This document shows, piece by piece, positions 39,436-49,075 of a stretch of 64,000 bases of DNA. Both the position numbers and the translations under genes were made by a program. The stretch spans positions 7,718-71,717 of the forward strand of contig JACOZV010000004.1 in the NCBI GenBank assembly GCA_016181175.1, written 5' to 3'. Each line of letters begins with the position of its first letter. The stretch's first letter is position 1. The stretch comes from Candidatus Yanofskybacteria bacterium (GTDB lineage: Bacteria > Patescibacteriota > Minisyncoccia > 2-02-FULL-40-12 > IGHO2-01-FULL-4-A). The notes under the pieces are model-generated. The model had not been told where the DNA came from. It saw nothing but the letters and a program-made list of their open reading frames with translations, and ran no database searches.

Positions 39436-40398
39436 TTAATTCTCAAACAATATCGGTATTTCTATGGCATCATCATATTCAGGAAGACCCGAAGGATTGT
39501 CTTTTCTTAAAATAAGTGCTCCCCTTCTGCTGAAGTCACCGATATATTCCGGCTTTTTAAATTCAATCACTCCTTCAAACGGAACAAAGTCCTCGGTCAT
39601 CCAATCTTTTTTCGCCATTGCATACCCTTCGGAGATAATTCTTCCGTCCCAATCCGTCAGCACAATTGGAAAACTTGCTTCAAAAAACCAAATACCCCTA
39701 GCCTGGCCCTTCACGGTCAAGGGACTTGAAACAGTATCATTAGCTTTGACATTTTCAACCTTGATTAAGTCTTCCTTGGGACAAAGCGCAAACTCGCAAT
39801 TTGGTCCAGTCCTACCAACATACGATCCATCTGAACAAAGTTTAGCATCCTGCGTACAGAAAACAGTGTCGGGTGTTTTATTGGCTTGCCAAATGGAAAA
39901 ATTAAGATAGGCCGCAAAACTCACCCAGAGAATATATGGCACTAGCAAATATGCCGCGGAATGGAAAATTTTGTAAAACACAACGATTGTCCAGACAATC
40001 GCAAACCAGAGCGCTACGATATCAACAAATGCCCAACCGAGATTATTTATGGTGAGCCATGTCGAACCATGCAATCCGAAAAAAATAATTGACCAGATAG
40101 CATTCAAGAATAACTGGATAAAAAACACCGCGATGGCCATTTTCCACATCCACAACATTCTAACATTCTGCAGAATGTTAGAATGTTGTTTCCAAACAAG
40201 GAAAAGCGCGATACCCATTAGTGCGTAAAGTGTTGTCCACGCCGGCCCAAATACCCATGCCGGTGGGTTAAGTGCCGGCTTTGTGAGTGTCTCATACCAG
40301 GTTGGAATTGCCGAGATCGTAAACACGGAACCAAGAATACCAGCAAGTTCGGATACGCCGACTGCAATGAATAACTTAGTAAGATTATTTAAACGCAT
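39436..40398 (-). CDS. TspO/MBR (tryptophan-rich sensory protein) fused to C-terminal Gmad2 Ig-like domain
   Basis: N-terminal KPALNPPAWVFGPAWTTLYALMGIALFL TspO signature; C-terminal soluble Cys-containing beta domain. Confidence 0.6.
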   Translation of the reverse strand: MRLNNLTKLFIAVGVSELAGILGSVFTISAIPTWYETLTKPALNPPAWVFGPAWTTLYALMGIALFLVWKQHSNILQNVRMLWMWKMAIAVFFIQLFLNAIWSIIFFGLHGSTWLTINNLGWAFVDIVALWFAIVWTIVVFYKIFHSAAYLLVPYILWVSFAAYLNFSIWQANKTPDTVFCTQDAKLCSDGSYVGRTGPNCEFALCPKEDLIKVENVKANDTVSSPLTVKGQARGIWFFEASFPIVLTDWDGRIISEGYAMAKKDWMTEDFVPFEGVIEFKKPEYIGDFSRRGALILRKDNPSGLPEYDDAIEIPILFEN

Positions 40399-40431
40399 AA
40401 TTAAATTATATCTTAAATCATTTATACGAAC

Positions 40432-40464
40432 AAAAAAACAAAACGACACGAAAGTGTCGTTTTG
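40432..40464 (-). terminator. Terminator for the small gene 40599-40799
   Basis: minus strand CGACACtttcGTGTCG followed by TTTTGTTTTTTTG. Confidence 0.55.
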
Positions 40465-40598
40465 TCCTGTCTGGCTCCGAACTGTTGACTGCGTTCGAAC
40501 ATGGATTAGGGCAAACTATCGGACGTATTATGTGCCTAAATTAGAGAAGCCGAAATAAAAAATGACCGTTCTCGGCCAGCGAGCCCATCGTGGACAAC

Positions 40599-40799
40599 CT
40601 ACTTGTTGATGTCTCTGTGTATCTCTTCTTGAACCTCAGATAGACGGGCTTTGTAAAGCGGAGCAATTTCTCCGAGTTCTTGGCAATATCCTGGCTCCTG
40701 GAGTTCCATGAGCATATTGCTCACAGCTACTCGAATTGCCATCGATTGAGCCTCATTTAACTTGGTACTACCAATCATGATTGTCGCTTCTTTTGACAT
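40599..40799 (-). CDS. Small hypothetical protein (66 aa)
   Basis: ORF with a perfect palindrome in its promoter region; no recognisable domain. Confidence 0.35.
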   Translation of the reverse strand: MSKEATIMIGSTKLNEAQSMAIRVAVSNMLMELQEPGYCQELGEIAPLYKARLSEVQEEIHRDINK

Positions 40800-40835
40800 G
40801 CGTTACCTCCCATTAAAAAAATATACCACTTTTGT

Positions 40836-40851
40836 GGTATATTGTCAAACA
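40836..40851. promoter_or_regulatory. Operator-like palindrome TACCACttttGTGGTA
   Basis: Perfect 6-bp inverted repeat with 4-nt spacer ~40 nt upstream of the 40799 start. Confidence 0.3.
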
Positions 40852-41039
40852 ATGCTCGCTTGGGTGGATAGTTTCAGGAACTATAATTGGCGCAAGGCTC
40901 TACCGTGTCCGGATGTAACAATTAAGCATTCAAAATACTTGTTGTCTTTGATTTGACTTGTACTGAGCTTGTCGAAGTAATCCTCTCCCGACATTTCGGG
41001 TAAGGTTCAGAAAAGTGAAAAGTAAACCGTCAACCATAA

Positions 41040-41423
41040 TTAGTTTTGCATTTTTGGTTTTCTGAAAAGCGATTTGTTATAGATGACAGCAGTAATAATT
41101 AATCCAACGCCCGTTCCCCAAATCTGCCATATTCCCCAAGTACTGGCAAATACATAGCGACCGACATAAAGAAGAATTGCCCCAATCACAAGCAGTATAA
41201 ATGGTTTTTGATTTTTATGCGCTCGGTAGTCCAAAATAAAGCCAACTGCACCAAGAGTAATGAAACCAAAAGCAATCCATCGCCAAACTGGTATTAAGGC
41301 ACCTAATCCTAAATAAGTTAAAAGCGAAGCCGAACCAATCCAGCAGAGCGGACAGACACCTATTGCTCCAGCACCTAGAATAGGGGCTAGTCTCGTCACT
41401 ATCTTTTTAAAAAATTCCCTCAC
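41040..41423 (-). CDS. Four-TM membrane protein with N-terminal CPLC motif (MerC-like?)
   Basis: GAIGVCPLCWIGSASLL in first TM; hypothetical. Confidence 0.4.
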   Translation of the reverse strand: MREFFKKIVTRLAPILGAGAIGVCPLCWIGSASLLTYLGLGALIPVWRWIAFGFITLGAVGFILDYRAHKNQKPFILLVIGAILLYVGRYVFASTWGIWQIWGTGVGLIITAVIYNKSLFRKPKMQN

Positions 41424-41427
41424 GAAC

Positions 41428-41604
41428 TTATTTTATATCATTATTCTTATTTTCCTCTGCTTGAGCGGTAATCTCTAAATTACAACTATGATGCTCCTTA
41501 CACCATGCTTCGCATTTTTCAGCTTGTTCTTTTTCAACGTAGTGAAAACCGCATTCTTCACATTGATATAATTGCTTGACTTCTTGTATCGAAACTTTAA
41601 CCAT
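41428..41604 (-). CDS. Unlisted small zinc-ribbon protein (58 aa, MVKVSIQEVKQLYQCEECGFHYVEKEQAEKCEAWCKEHHSC...)
   Basis: CxxC...CxxxC motif pairs; ATG at 41602-41604, stop rc-TAA at 41428-41430; sits just downstream of trxB. Confidence 0.5.
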   Translation of the reverse strand: MVKVSIQEVKQLYQCEECGFHYVEKEQAEKCEAWCKEHHSCNLEITAQAEENKNNDIK

Positions 41605-41606
41605 AT

Positions 41607-42584
41607 TTATAATGCCTCCGCTGCGGGGCTTTGTTTCTGGCGCTGAAGCAGATAGTTGTAGGCTGCCAAAGCTGCCTTAACCGCATCGCCAGCAGAGATG
41701 TTATTTTGCTTATAGGGGTCATTCGTTATATCACCGGCTGCAAATATACCGGGATGGGAAGTAGAAGCATGGCGCGGGTTAATGACTACTTGCCCCCATT
41801 GATCAAGTTCTACCAAACCCTTTACTATTTCCGAGTTTGGTACCGAACCTATTTCTACAAAGACACCATCCAGAGACATTGTCCCCTCTTCTTTTGTTTG
41901 TTTGTCCCTGTATTTTAGACCAGAGACAAATTTATCACCTGTTATTTCAAGAGTCTCGGCGTTTAATATCAAACCCTTGAATTTATTGCTTTTTTTAATC
42001 TCTTCTAGCGTGGTGGCATCGCCCTTGATTTTGTCAGAGTTATTGAAGAGGTAAACCTCGGAGGCATAGGGTATCAAGTCCTGAACCGCTTCCAGTCCGG
42101 CATTGCCACCGCCAACTACCGCTACTTTTTTACCTGGGAAAAGTGGAGCATCGCAGGTTGAGCAATAAGCGACGCCCTTGCTGCTAAACTGTTCTTCTCC
42201 TGGTATTCCTAGCTTTCGACGCCTTGCACCGGCAGCGAGAATCAACGCCTTGCCTTGATATTTATTTGATTGATCGGTCTCAACTTCAAAATCGCAAGTC
42301 CTTCCCGGATCGGTGCATGCTATCGCGCTTACTTTAACTACTTTCTCTGGAGATTTTATTTCAACCATTTCTGGGTATGAGCGTATATGGGTTTCCAGTT
42401 TTTGAGCCAAGTCGAATCCTGAAATATGGGGGTCGCCAATCCAGTTTTGAATATCATCGGAAACGATTGATTGCCCGCCGAATGAATCGGCAATAAAAAG
42501 GGTTTTTAGTTTTTTCCTGGCCGCATAAACCCCGGCCGCTACTCCAGCCGGCCCGCCGCCGATAATAATTAGGTCGTAAGCCAT
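41607..42584 (-). CDS. trxB: Thioredoxin-disulfide reductase
   Basis: FAD GGGPAG, redox CSTCDAPLF, NADPH GGGNAG motifs. Confidence 0.85.
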   Translation of the reverse strand: MAYDLIIIGGGPAGVAAGVYAARKKLKTLFIADSFGGQSIVSDDIQNWIGDPHISGFDLAQKLETHIRSYPEMVEIKSPEKVVKVSAIACTDPGRTCDFEVETDQSNKYQGKALILAAGARRRKLGIPGEEQFSSKGVAYCSTCDAPLFPGKKVAVVGGGNAGLEAVQDLIPYASEVYLFNNSDKIKGDATTLEEIKKSNKFKGLILNAETLEITGDKFVSGLKYRDKQTKEEGTMSLDGVFVEIGSVPNSEIVKGLVELDQWGQVVINPRHASTSHPGIFAAGDITNDPYKQNNISAGDAVKAALAAYNYLLQRQKQSPAAEAL

Positions 42585-42638
42585 AGTATGTGTGACAATG
42601 AATCTCCACGCAACAAATTACGCGAAGATTCATCATTT

Positions 42639-42881
42639 TTAGGCAGTCTTAACCTTCTCCCATAGTTCAAGATCTTGGAAAAATCTATCGTCTTCGTATT
42701 TTTTGTTTGCCATGCAAGAAAAACAGCTAGTAAACATCGCGCCTTTTTCAAAATATTGTTTCCTTCCGCAAGGCACGCATATATATTCTCCCGCTTCTTT
42801 TACCAAACTACCGACCGCGAATACCGTCTCGGCAGACTCCTGTTTTTCTCCGGTTTTATTAAAGGTTTTATTAGTAAACAT
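42639..42881 (-). CDS. Small zinc-ribbon protein (80 aa)
   Basis: CVPCG...CFSC Cys pairs. Confidence 0.45.
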   Translation of the reverse strand: MFTNKTFNKTGEKQESAETVFAVGSLVKEAGEYICVPCGRKQYFEKGAMFTSCFSCMANKKYEDDRFFQDLELWEKVKTA

Positions 42882-42909
42882 GGTTTTTTATTATTTTAAG
42901 ACGCTCAAC

Positions 42910-43617
42910 CTACAGACCGCCGTTTGTTAATATTTGATCTATTAAACCGGCGAAAACTTGATATGGCTGGGCGCCAACAAGTTGACGGCCATTGAGAAAA
43001 AAGTTGGGCGTGCCGCGAGCGCCGAATCGAGCCGCATCTTGACTGTCTTTGGCTATTTCTTGCTGATATTTGCCTGATTCATAACAAGAACTGAATTGTT
43101 CCGTGTCAAGCCCCAGATCAGAAGCAAATTTTATAAGATTATTTTTTTTAAAAACTCCAACATTGTAACCGCGGCGTTCGGAATAAAGCCGATCGTGATA
43201 ATCCCAATACTTCTCTTGTTCTCCGGCGCATTCTGCCGCCTCAGCGGCATTTTGGGACTCGCGACCGTTGATAACAAGGTCACGAAACACAATCTTTAGT
43301 TTTCCCGTTTTAACATATTTATCAATTAGAATTGATTCGGTCTCGTTAAAAAACTTGGTGCAAAAAGTACATTGATAATCGGCGAACTCTACCAATGTTA
43401 TAGGGGCATCGGGATTGCCAAGCACGGCGTCATTATCTTCAAGAGATGTTGGGCCCGGAACGATTTGCGCGGCCTGCTGCGGGCGTGGCGCGCTGTTGCC
43501 CAGATGATTTCCCGTGGGTTGATTGGTGGCCTTTCCGCCAACTAAAATCAGTATCACTGACAGACCGATAGCGCCTGCTATCATGCTTATCGAAGTTATT
43601 AAAGATTTATTTTTCAT
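42910..43617 (-). CDS. DsbA-like thiol:disulfide oxidoreductase (N-terminal TM anchor)
   Basis: Thioredoxin fold with CTFC active site (FADYQCTFCTKF). Confidence 0.7.
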   Translation of the reverse strand: MKNKSLITSISMIAGAIGLSVILILVGGKATNQPTGNHLGNSAPRPQQAAQIVPGPTSLEDNDAVLGNPDAPITLVEFADYQCTFCTKFFNETESILIDKYVKTGKLKIVFRDLVINGRESQNAAEAAECAGEQEKYWDYHDRLYSERRGYNVGVFKKNNLIKFASDLGLDTEQFSSCYESGKYQQEIAKDSQDAARFGARGTPNFFLNGRQLVGAQPYQVFAGLIDQILTNGGL

Positions 43618-43620
43618 AAT

Positions 43621-44388
43621 TTATAAAAATCTATTTATATATTCTTCATAAAACTGGTATTGCAGCAACCAACCGCGGAATTGGTTAAAAACCGGCGTGA
43701 ACTGGTTACTGATAAGGAGAGCGCCGAGCGCGATAAGAAAAATACCAGCGACAACATTGATGACCTTGAGCATTCGGCCCCACTTGGCAAAAACCGTAAA
43801 CGCTTTGCCGATAAGAAGCGCAGTAATCAAAAAAGGTATGGCTAGCCCTAAAGAAAACATCATCAAAAGAAATGTGCCCTGCGCCACCGTACCGGATCCG
43901 GATGCCAGGAAAAGAATAGAACCCAAGAGCGGCCCGACACAGGGCGACCAACCGAGAGCGAAAAGCACGCCGATACCGAATGAGTTTGTCTTATTAGATG
44001 AAGTAAAAAGCTTGGGCAATCGAATCTGTTTCTCTGCGCTCAACCATGGCAGTTTTAATAATCCCGACAAAAATAGTCCGAACAGTATTATCAAGATACC
44101 GCCGATTCTTTGAAGCCATAACCGGATAACAAAAATTTTACCCAGGAATGAGAAAGCCACGCCGAATAATATAAATACCAGTGAAAATCCAAGCACATAG
44201 AAAACAGCGTTGCTGAATATTTTCCAACGTAACCGTTTTAGCTTCTCGGGATCGTTCAGCTCTTCCGGCCCGACGCCGGCAATCACACCCAAAAACGCCG
44301 GCACAAGCGGTAGAGTGCAGGGCGCGAAAAAAGTAAATACGCCGGCAACAAATGAAGAAAGTATTAATGCGATACCAAATTCTATCAT
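43621..44388 (-). CDS. ccdA: Cytochrome c-type biogenesis protein CcdA / DsbD transmembrane domain
   Basis: FFAPCTLPLVPAFLGV and second Cys in SPCVGPLLGSI; six TM helices. Confidence 0.75.
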   Translation of the reverse strand: MIEFGIALILSSFVAGVFTFFAPCTLPLVPAFLGVIAGVGPEELNDPEKLKRLRWKIFSNAVFYVLGFSLVFILFGVAFSFLGKIFVIRLWLQRIGGILIILFGLFLSGLLKLPWLSAEKQIRLPKLFTSSNKTNSFGIGVLFALGWSPCVGPLLGSILFLASGSGTVAQGTFLLMMFSLGLAIPFLITALLIGKAFTVFAKWGRMLKVINVVAGIFLIALGALLISNQFTPVFNQFRGWLLQYQFYEEYINRFL

Positions 44389-44420
44389 CGTTTATTTGAT
44401 TATTTTATTTATTTTTTGGA

Positions 44421-44894
44421 TTAACTCTGCCTGTGGGGCATCGCAAAGCCTCCGTAACGTCCATAGATAGAGTCGGATTTATCGTTAAGAAAAACAAGGG
44501 CATCGGCTAGACTAAGCTGGTCCGTGAATTTTTGGCCGGTTTTCTGATCTTCGCCTCGGTTAATCGCCAAAGTAACATACTGGCCACCGGATTGTTTTTG
44601 AACACGGGCCATAAGCGGAAGCTCTTCAACGCAAAACGGACACCATGACGCCCAGAAATTTACGAACACCGGTTTCTGTCCGCGAAAATCAGACAACCTT
44701 ACGGTCTTGCCGTTATAATCTGTTAATTCAAAATCGGGCGCGAGATTGCCGATCTTTGTCCCCGTTGTTAGCTCGCCTTGCGGTTCTTCCGTGGTTGAGG
44801 GCGTTGAAACTGATGTTTCTTTTTTGCCATCGCGCAAAACTAATGCCAAAACCGCCGCAATAATTATGACTATAATTGGAATAATTTTTTTCAT
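44421..44894 (-). CDS. TlpA/ResA-like membrane-anchored thioredoxin
   Basis: WASWCPFCVEELP active site. Confidence 0.75.
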   Translation of the reverse strand: MKKIIPIIVIIIAAVLALVLRDGKKETSVSTPSTTEEPQGELTTGTKIGNLAPDFELTDYNGKTVRLSDFRGQKPVFVNFWASWCPFCVEELPLMARVQKQSGGQYVTLAINRGEDQKTGQKFTDQLSLADALVFLNDKSDSIYGRYGGFAMPHRQS

Positions 44895-44941
44895 ATTTCG
44901 TGCATTATTTGCAACCGCAAGCGGGGGCACCGTCTTCCTTA

Positions 44942-45178
44942 TTATTTTATCCCAAGTAATTGCGAAAGCCGCGGCTTATCAAAGCCGACAACAATCGTGC
45001 CGTCAATATCAATAACCGGCACTGACATTGCTCCTGATTTTTCCATTGCTTCCTCCGCTGCGGCGTGATCTGACGCCACATCTTTTTCCTCGTAGACGAC
45101 ATTATGCTCTTTGAAAAAAGCTTTGGTCATCTTGCAATATGCGCAGGTGGGTGTTGTATATATTGTTACTTTAACCAT
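44942..45178 (-). CDS. Glutaredoxin / NrdH-like redoxin
   Basis: YTTPTCAYCKMTKAF CxxC, 78 aa. Confidence 0.7.
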   Translation of the reverse strand: MVKVTIYTTPTCAYCKMTKAFFKEHNVVYEEKDVASDHAAAEEAMEKSGAMSVPVIDIDGTIVVGFDKPRLSQLLGIK

Positions 45179-45194
45179 AGTTTTGTTATTTTAA

Positions 45195-45581
45195 TTACTG
45201 AATTAACCTATAGTATCCGCCGCCAGTAAAGAATATCGCCAGGTTAGATGCCAACAATATAAAATCAAACTCCCAACCGGTTTTATCCATCGCGGAAAAC
45301 CTCGTTTTCCATTTTGTCATCTTGAAATATATTGCCCCGACCATGACAATAGACAGCAAGATGGATGCTAACTGTATATAAATTCCTAAGAGCAGACCTA
45401 TACCAGAAAGGGCTTCAATCATACCAAGCATGAATACCTCACCTCCGGACATGCCCATCATCTGACCCATCATGCCGGCTTTCATCAGTTTTGGCAGGCC
45501 ATGGTAAAGAAAGATGATTGCTACCGCCAATCTCAATATCAGTAAACCGAGATTGGCATTCAAAAAAACTGATGGATCCAT
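45195..45581 (-). CDS. DoxX family membrane protein
   Basis: LLILRLAVAIIFLYHGLPKL. Confidence 0.6.
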   Translation of the reverse strand: MDPSVFLNANLGLLILRLAVAIIFLYHGLPKLMKAGMMGQMMGMSGGEVFMLGMIEALSGIGLLLGIYIQLASILLSIVMVGAIYFKMTKWKTRFSAMDKTGWEFDFILLASNLAIFFTGGGYYRLIQ

Positions 45582-45685
45582 TCTGTTTAGATAAACTAAG
45601 CTGATGTTTCTCTGTTTTGATTTTCAACTCAGAAAAAGCATCATTCTTAATTATTAATGGGTTGAACTCAGCTCGATGGGCCAAA

Positions 45686-46656
45686 TTATTTATATAATTC
45701 CGTCTCCGGATGAACTGCTAACCAACTGAACCAGAATCCTCCAATATATGGAAGCGGTTTTTTGTTTGCGCCGATAAACATTCTCACTTCTCCTTCCGTT
45801 TTTTTCTGGATTAGAATCTGCTTTCCGCTGAACGTATCTTTTGTCTCTCCGGCTTTCAGAGCTTCCGAATGATATGCTTTGTACTTTCCATCAATCTGAA
45901 TTCCCAAAACAAATTCTTTGGGGTGCAGACGGGTATCGCTAAAGGATGCACCGAAGGAAACATCGTTGGAGGTGTAATAATCGCCATAAGGATCGTAGCC
46001 GTAACTTCTGATGGTTCCCGTGTCTTTAGAAAGAACGGTTGTGCCGGGATGCAGTTTTTTCCAGTCGCTGTATCTGACTACATCGGATGGGATAACTTTC
46101 AATTTCGTTCCTGTAAACTCACCGACAATCGCTTCGCCGAGCACCTGTGACCATAGAGATTCCTTTTGGGGGTCACCGGTTCGGTTATACATAACAAGGT
46201 TGGACTTCCAGAGCTTCCCGGAAGTGCCAAATTCCACTGTCGTACCGTCTAATTTTCTTTCAAAAACAATACCAGTCAGACAAAGGGGGCAATACGTGAC
46301 CAATACTGGTTGATTGCCAACGGTGTCATTCACAATCTCATGCCAAACTAGTATTTGATAAGGATAAAATCGGAATCCGCTTCTTTAGTGGATAGAAATT
46401 TCGGGTCATCAATTGAGGGTATGCCGTCTTTAGGCGGACCGCCGGATAGAATTTCATTTAATGGTACGGAATGTTTTACCCCGTCGGTTATTAAAATTTT
46501 TCTGTCTGATATTGGCATGTTGAAATCAGAATTGGCCGGCGCTGTTTCTAAAACTTTGGTCTCTCCTTTGGGCAGTTTAAACTGGCGCGATTGGTTATAA
46601 AAATAAAACCCGCCAACTCCAAGCAATAACACAATAATTATAACCCATTTTATCAT
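45686..46656 (-). pseudogene. DUF3179 family gene split by frameshift/indel into N-terminal (46348-46656) and C-terminal (45686-46333) ORFs
   Basis: N-terminal fragment carries TM + GGPPKDGIPSIDDPKF; second frame read upstream of its GTG gives FYPYQILVWHEIVNDTVGNQPVLVTYCPLC (core DUF3179 motif); frames differ; ~15 aa of the family's segment between DDPKF and the YP motif is missing. Confidence 0.6.
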
Positions 46657-47003
46657 TTAACTGTTTTTATAAGTTTAATTAGCTGGTTAGTTAGTTTGTT
46701 ATCTCTATTAAGGCAATAGCATATCTCCTGACCATAACGGCACCTAGAAACAACACCCAAAAGCTCTAACTTTTTCAACTGGTGAGAGATGGCGGATAAA
46801 GATGAGTTCGTCATTTCAGATATCCTGCCTACGCAAGGCTCTTTCTCTGCTATTAAAACCTTAAAAATACTGATCCTGGTAGGGTCGGACAAGAGGCTAA
46901 AAACTTCCGCTGGTTCTAATTGTTTGTATTGGTCATTCATGGATTCGATTAACTCACCATGGGTTGATTCTATAAGCTTATCACAACTTGAAGAATTGAG
47001 CAA
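46653..47003 (-). CDS. ArsR/SmtB family HTH transcriptional regulator
   Basis: LSDPTRISIFKVL...CVGRISEMTNSSLSAISHQLKKLELLGVV. Confidence 0.7.
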   Translation of the reverse strand: MLNSSSCDKLIESTHGELIESMNDQYKQLEPAEVFSLLSDPTRISIFKVLIAEKEPCVGRISEMTNSSLSAISHQLKKLELLGVVSRCRYGQEICYCLNRDNKLTNQLIKLIKTVK

Positions 47004-47276
47004 CTATTCAAGTATACTACCTGAAAAATATGCCGTCAACTGTGGACAACTTGAACATCAAAAAACTGCCCCTGGGCAGCTTAAATTAAAATCATCGTTT
47101 ATCTATCGCCGAGCGTTTCTTTCATTTTGGTGTTACTTCCGTTCCGCCTCTGGTACCGACCCCGGCAAAATGCTTTTTTTCAAAATCATTGAGTTCGTCT
47201 TTATGATTTTTAGCCAACATAGCGTAATTCATCAAATTACGGGCCATCACATCAACCATTGCTTTGGTGGCTTTGC

Positions 47277-47780
47277 TCATTCTCCTTTTTTCAGCATCTT
47301 GGTCCATGCTTCCGCCACACTCTCGGGCGGTATGACAAATCCGAGCCACTGCAAAAAATTGCATAAATTGCCAACAATATGTTGGACCCCGTCTTCGTGA
47401 CCGGTAATAATCAAACCGGCAATTTTATGATAGAAATCAGATTTTCCGGTCATAATATATGACTCGTCAAAATGAGTCATCCTTTCCATAACCCGTTGAA
47501 TCAAACTTGATTGCCCGCCCCACCAAATAGGGGTAGCGAAAATAACAATATCAGCTTTCCGCAAGGCATCGGCAATCTTGGGCCAGTCGTCGTCATCAGA
47601 CATCTTTTCCCCCAGGCCAACCGGGATATTCATATTGGCTAAACGAAATTTCTCCATTTCTGTTCCATATTCATTAAAATGCTTCAAAAGATTATCAACA
47701 AGCTCGTCTGTATTAGATGGCCCATCGCCAACCTTAAGAGTTCCCAATAAAACCACTATTTTTATTTTTTCTTCAAACAT
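47277..47780 (-). CDS. Flavodoxin-like fold NAD(P)H-dependent FMN reductase family protein
   Basis: IVIFATPIWWGGQSSLIQ motif. Confidence 0.6.
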   Translation of the reverse strand: MFEEKIKIVVLLGTLKVGDGPSNTDELVDNLLKHFNEYGTEMEKFRLANMNIPVGLGEKMSDDDDWPKIADALRKADIVIFATPIWWGGQSSLIQRVMERMTHFDESYIMTGKSDFYHKIAGLIITGHEDGVQHIVGNLCNFLQWLGFVIPPESVAEAWTKMLKKGE

Positions 47781-47783
47781 AAT

Positions 47784-48023
47784 TTATTCAATATTTGTCT
47801 TTATTCCACAAATCTTGCAGAACTTATGCCAAAAATTAGGATGATCGACAATCAGCTCTTCCAATATAGCAAACGGAATGACAATAACAATAGCGCCCAA
47901 CATAATACGGGGGGTTATTATTTGATCAGTTAAGAAGTATAAAGACAACAAGTTGTCGGCTAGGTTGGATATTAAACCGAAAATTACAAACTCCAAAATT
48001 CTGAATATGGTTTTAGGTTTCAT
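47784..48023 (-). CDS. Small membrane protein (hypothetical)
   Basis: MKPKTIFRILEFVIFGLISNL... two TM helices. Confidence 0.35.
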   Translation of the reverse strand: MKPKTIFRILEFVIFGLISNLADNLLSLYFLTDQIITPRIMLGAIVIVIPFAILEELIVDHPNFWHKFCKICGIKTNIE

Positions 48024-48030
48024 GTATTCA

Positions 48031-48456
48031 TTATATCCGCCATTTAAAAATAAGGTAAGAGAGTAGGCCAAGTTGTAAAGTTGGAGTTAGCCCCGTATCT
48101 AATAAGGGTATGATCGGCATTAATGAAGTATATGCCCATCGACCGCTACTGATAGCAAAACGTTCTAGTACAACCGCAACAACAACACCGAATATTAACG
48201 CATACCATTTTCTTTCTCTAAAATATGAAATTCTTATAAATAATACAGCTAAAAGTGTTATAAAAAAAGCATCAAAAAGCGTAGCTCGCAATAAAATGAG
48301 TTGAGTTATCTCTCCTGCCTTATAATGGATATACAGATACGAATACAGATTTTCCCAAACTAAATTCAACAAGAAACTAATTATAAAAATTAGAGATAAT
48401 TTCTTAAACATTAGGGCTTTTGATCGAGTTGAGGACGGAGGCAGGTCGCAACACAC
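48031..48456 (-). CDS. Polytopic membrane protein (hypothetical)
   Basis: Four predicted TM helices. Confidence 0.4.
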   Translation of the reverse strand: MCCDLPPSSTRSKALMFKKLSLIFIISFLLNLVWENLYSYLYIHYKAGEITQLILLRATLFDAFFITLLAVLFIRISYFRERKWYALIFGVVVAVVLERFAISSGRWAYTSLMPIIPLLDTGLTPTLQLGLLSYLIFKWRI

Positions 48457-48904
48457 CAGAAACTACTTGATAGGTGGGTAAACGCCTTTATGGCCTATGA
48501 CTGAAAGAAGGCTTTTGCTGATCCAGAAGTGGCTATTAAACAGATATGTCAGCTACTGGCCACAATATAGTGAATTAAAAAACTACTTCCCTGGCCTATC
48601 AAAATCTGGCCCTCGGGGTTCTTTGTCTACAAAAGGTTAGAACTGGATAAAAACCGCTTAAACAAAGCACAAAAGGAAGCTCTCGCTTCCCTTCATTCAC
48701 ACTGGCTCGCTTGGCTAACCGCTTTCCGAACAACGGACTGGTCTAAAATCTTCCCATATCCATTGGTTTCTTTGAGGCAGATGCGCTACTTACTCACTTT
48801 AGTGGACTAACTTTTGCCCTCTTTTTTGCCTTTTTGAATAATTTTCGAACCGGACGACTCCAGCCCAAAAAATCGGGTACTTTACTGCTTACAATACTTT
48901 GCAT

Positions 48905-49075
48905 TTAGGATCCTTGTTTGCGCGCCGGTTCTTCCTTGATTCGACGAAGTGTTTCGTCGAAGAGAATGGCGAAGGCGTCATCAAGATTACGCTGACCTTC
49001 TTCAGTTAAAGGAAGCTGGTGATAGCGCAGCTCAACAAGTAACGGTTTCTGTTTTCTTTTTTTCTTGGTGGTCAT
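48905..49075 (-). CDS. Unlisted small basic protein (56 aa, MTTKKKRKQKPLLVELRYHQLPLTEEGQRNLDDAFAILFDETLRRIKEEPARKQGS)
   Basis: ATG 6 nt after the stop of the upstream nuclease-fold gene; last gene of the co-directional defence array; antitoxin/RHH-like size and charge. Confidence 0.35.
   Translation of the reverse strand: MTTKKKRKQKPLLVELRYHQLPLTEEGQRNLDDAFAILFDETLRRIKEEPARKQGS

Noticed and set aside
47122-47364. 80-aa minus-strand ORF overlapping the flavodoxin-like gene 3' end
   Set aside because: Upper half overlaps a well-supported CDS in another frame; the non-overlapping 51-aa remainder (MSKATKAMVD...) has no RBS or domain support. Left unannotated.
46789-47400. 203-aa plus-strand ORF
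   Set aside because: Antisense across the ArsR regulator and flavodoxin-like genes; no domain signal; low-complexity translation.
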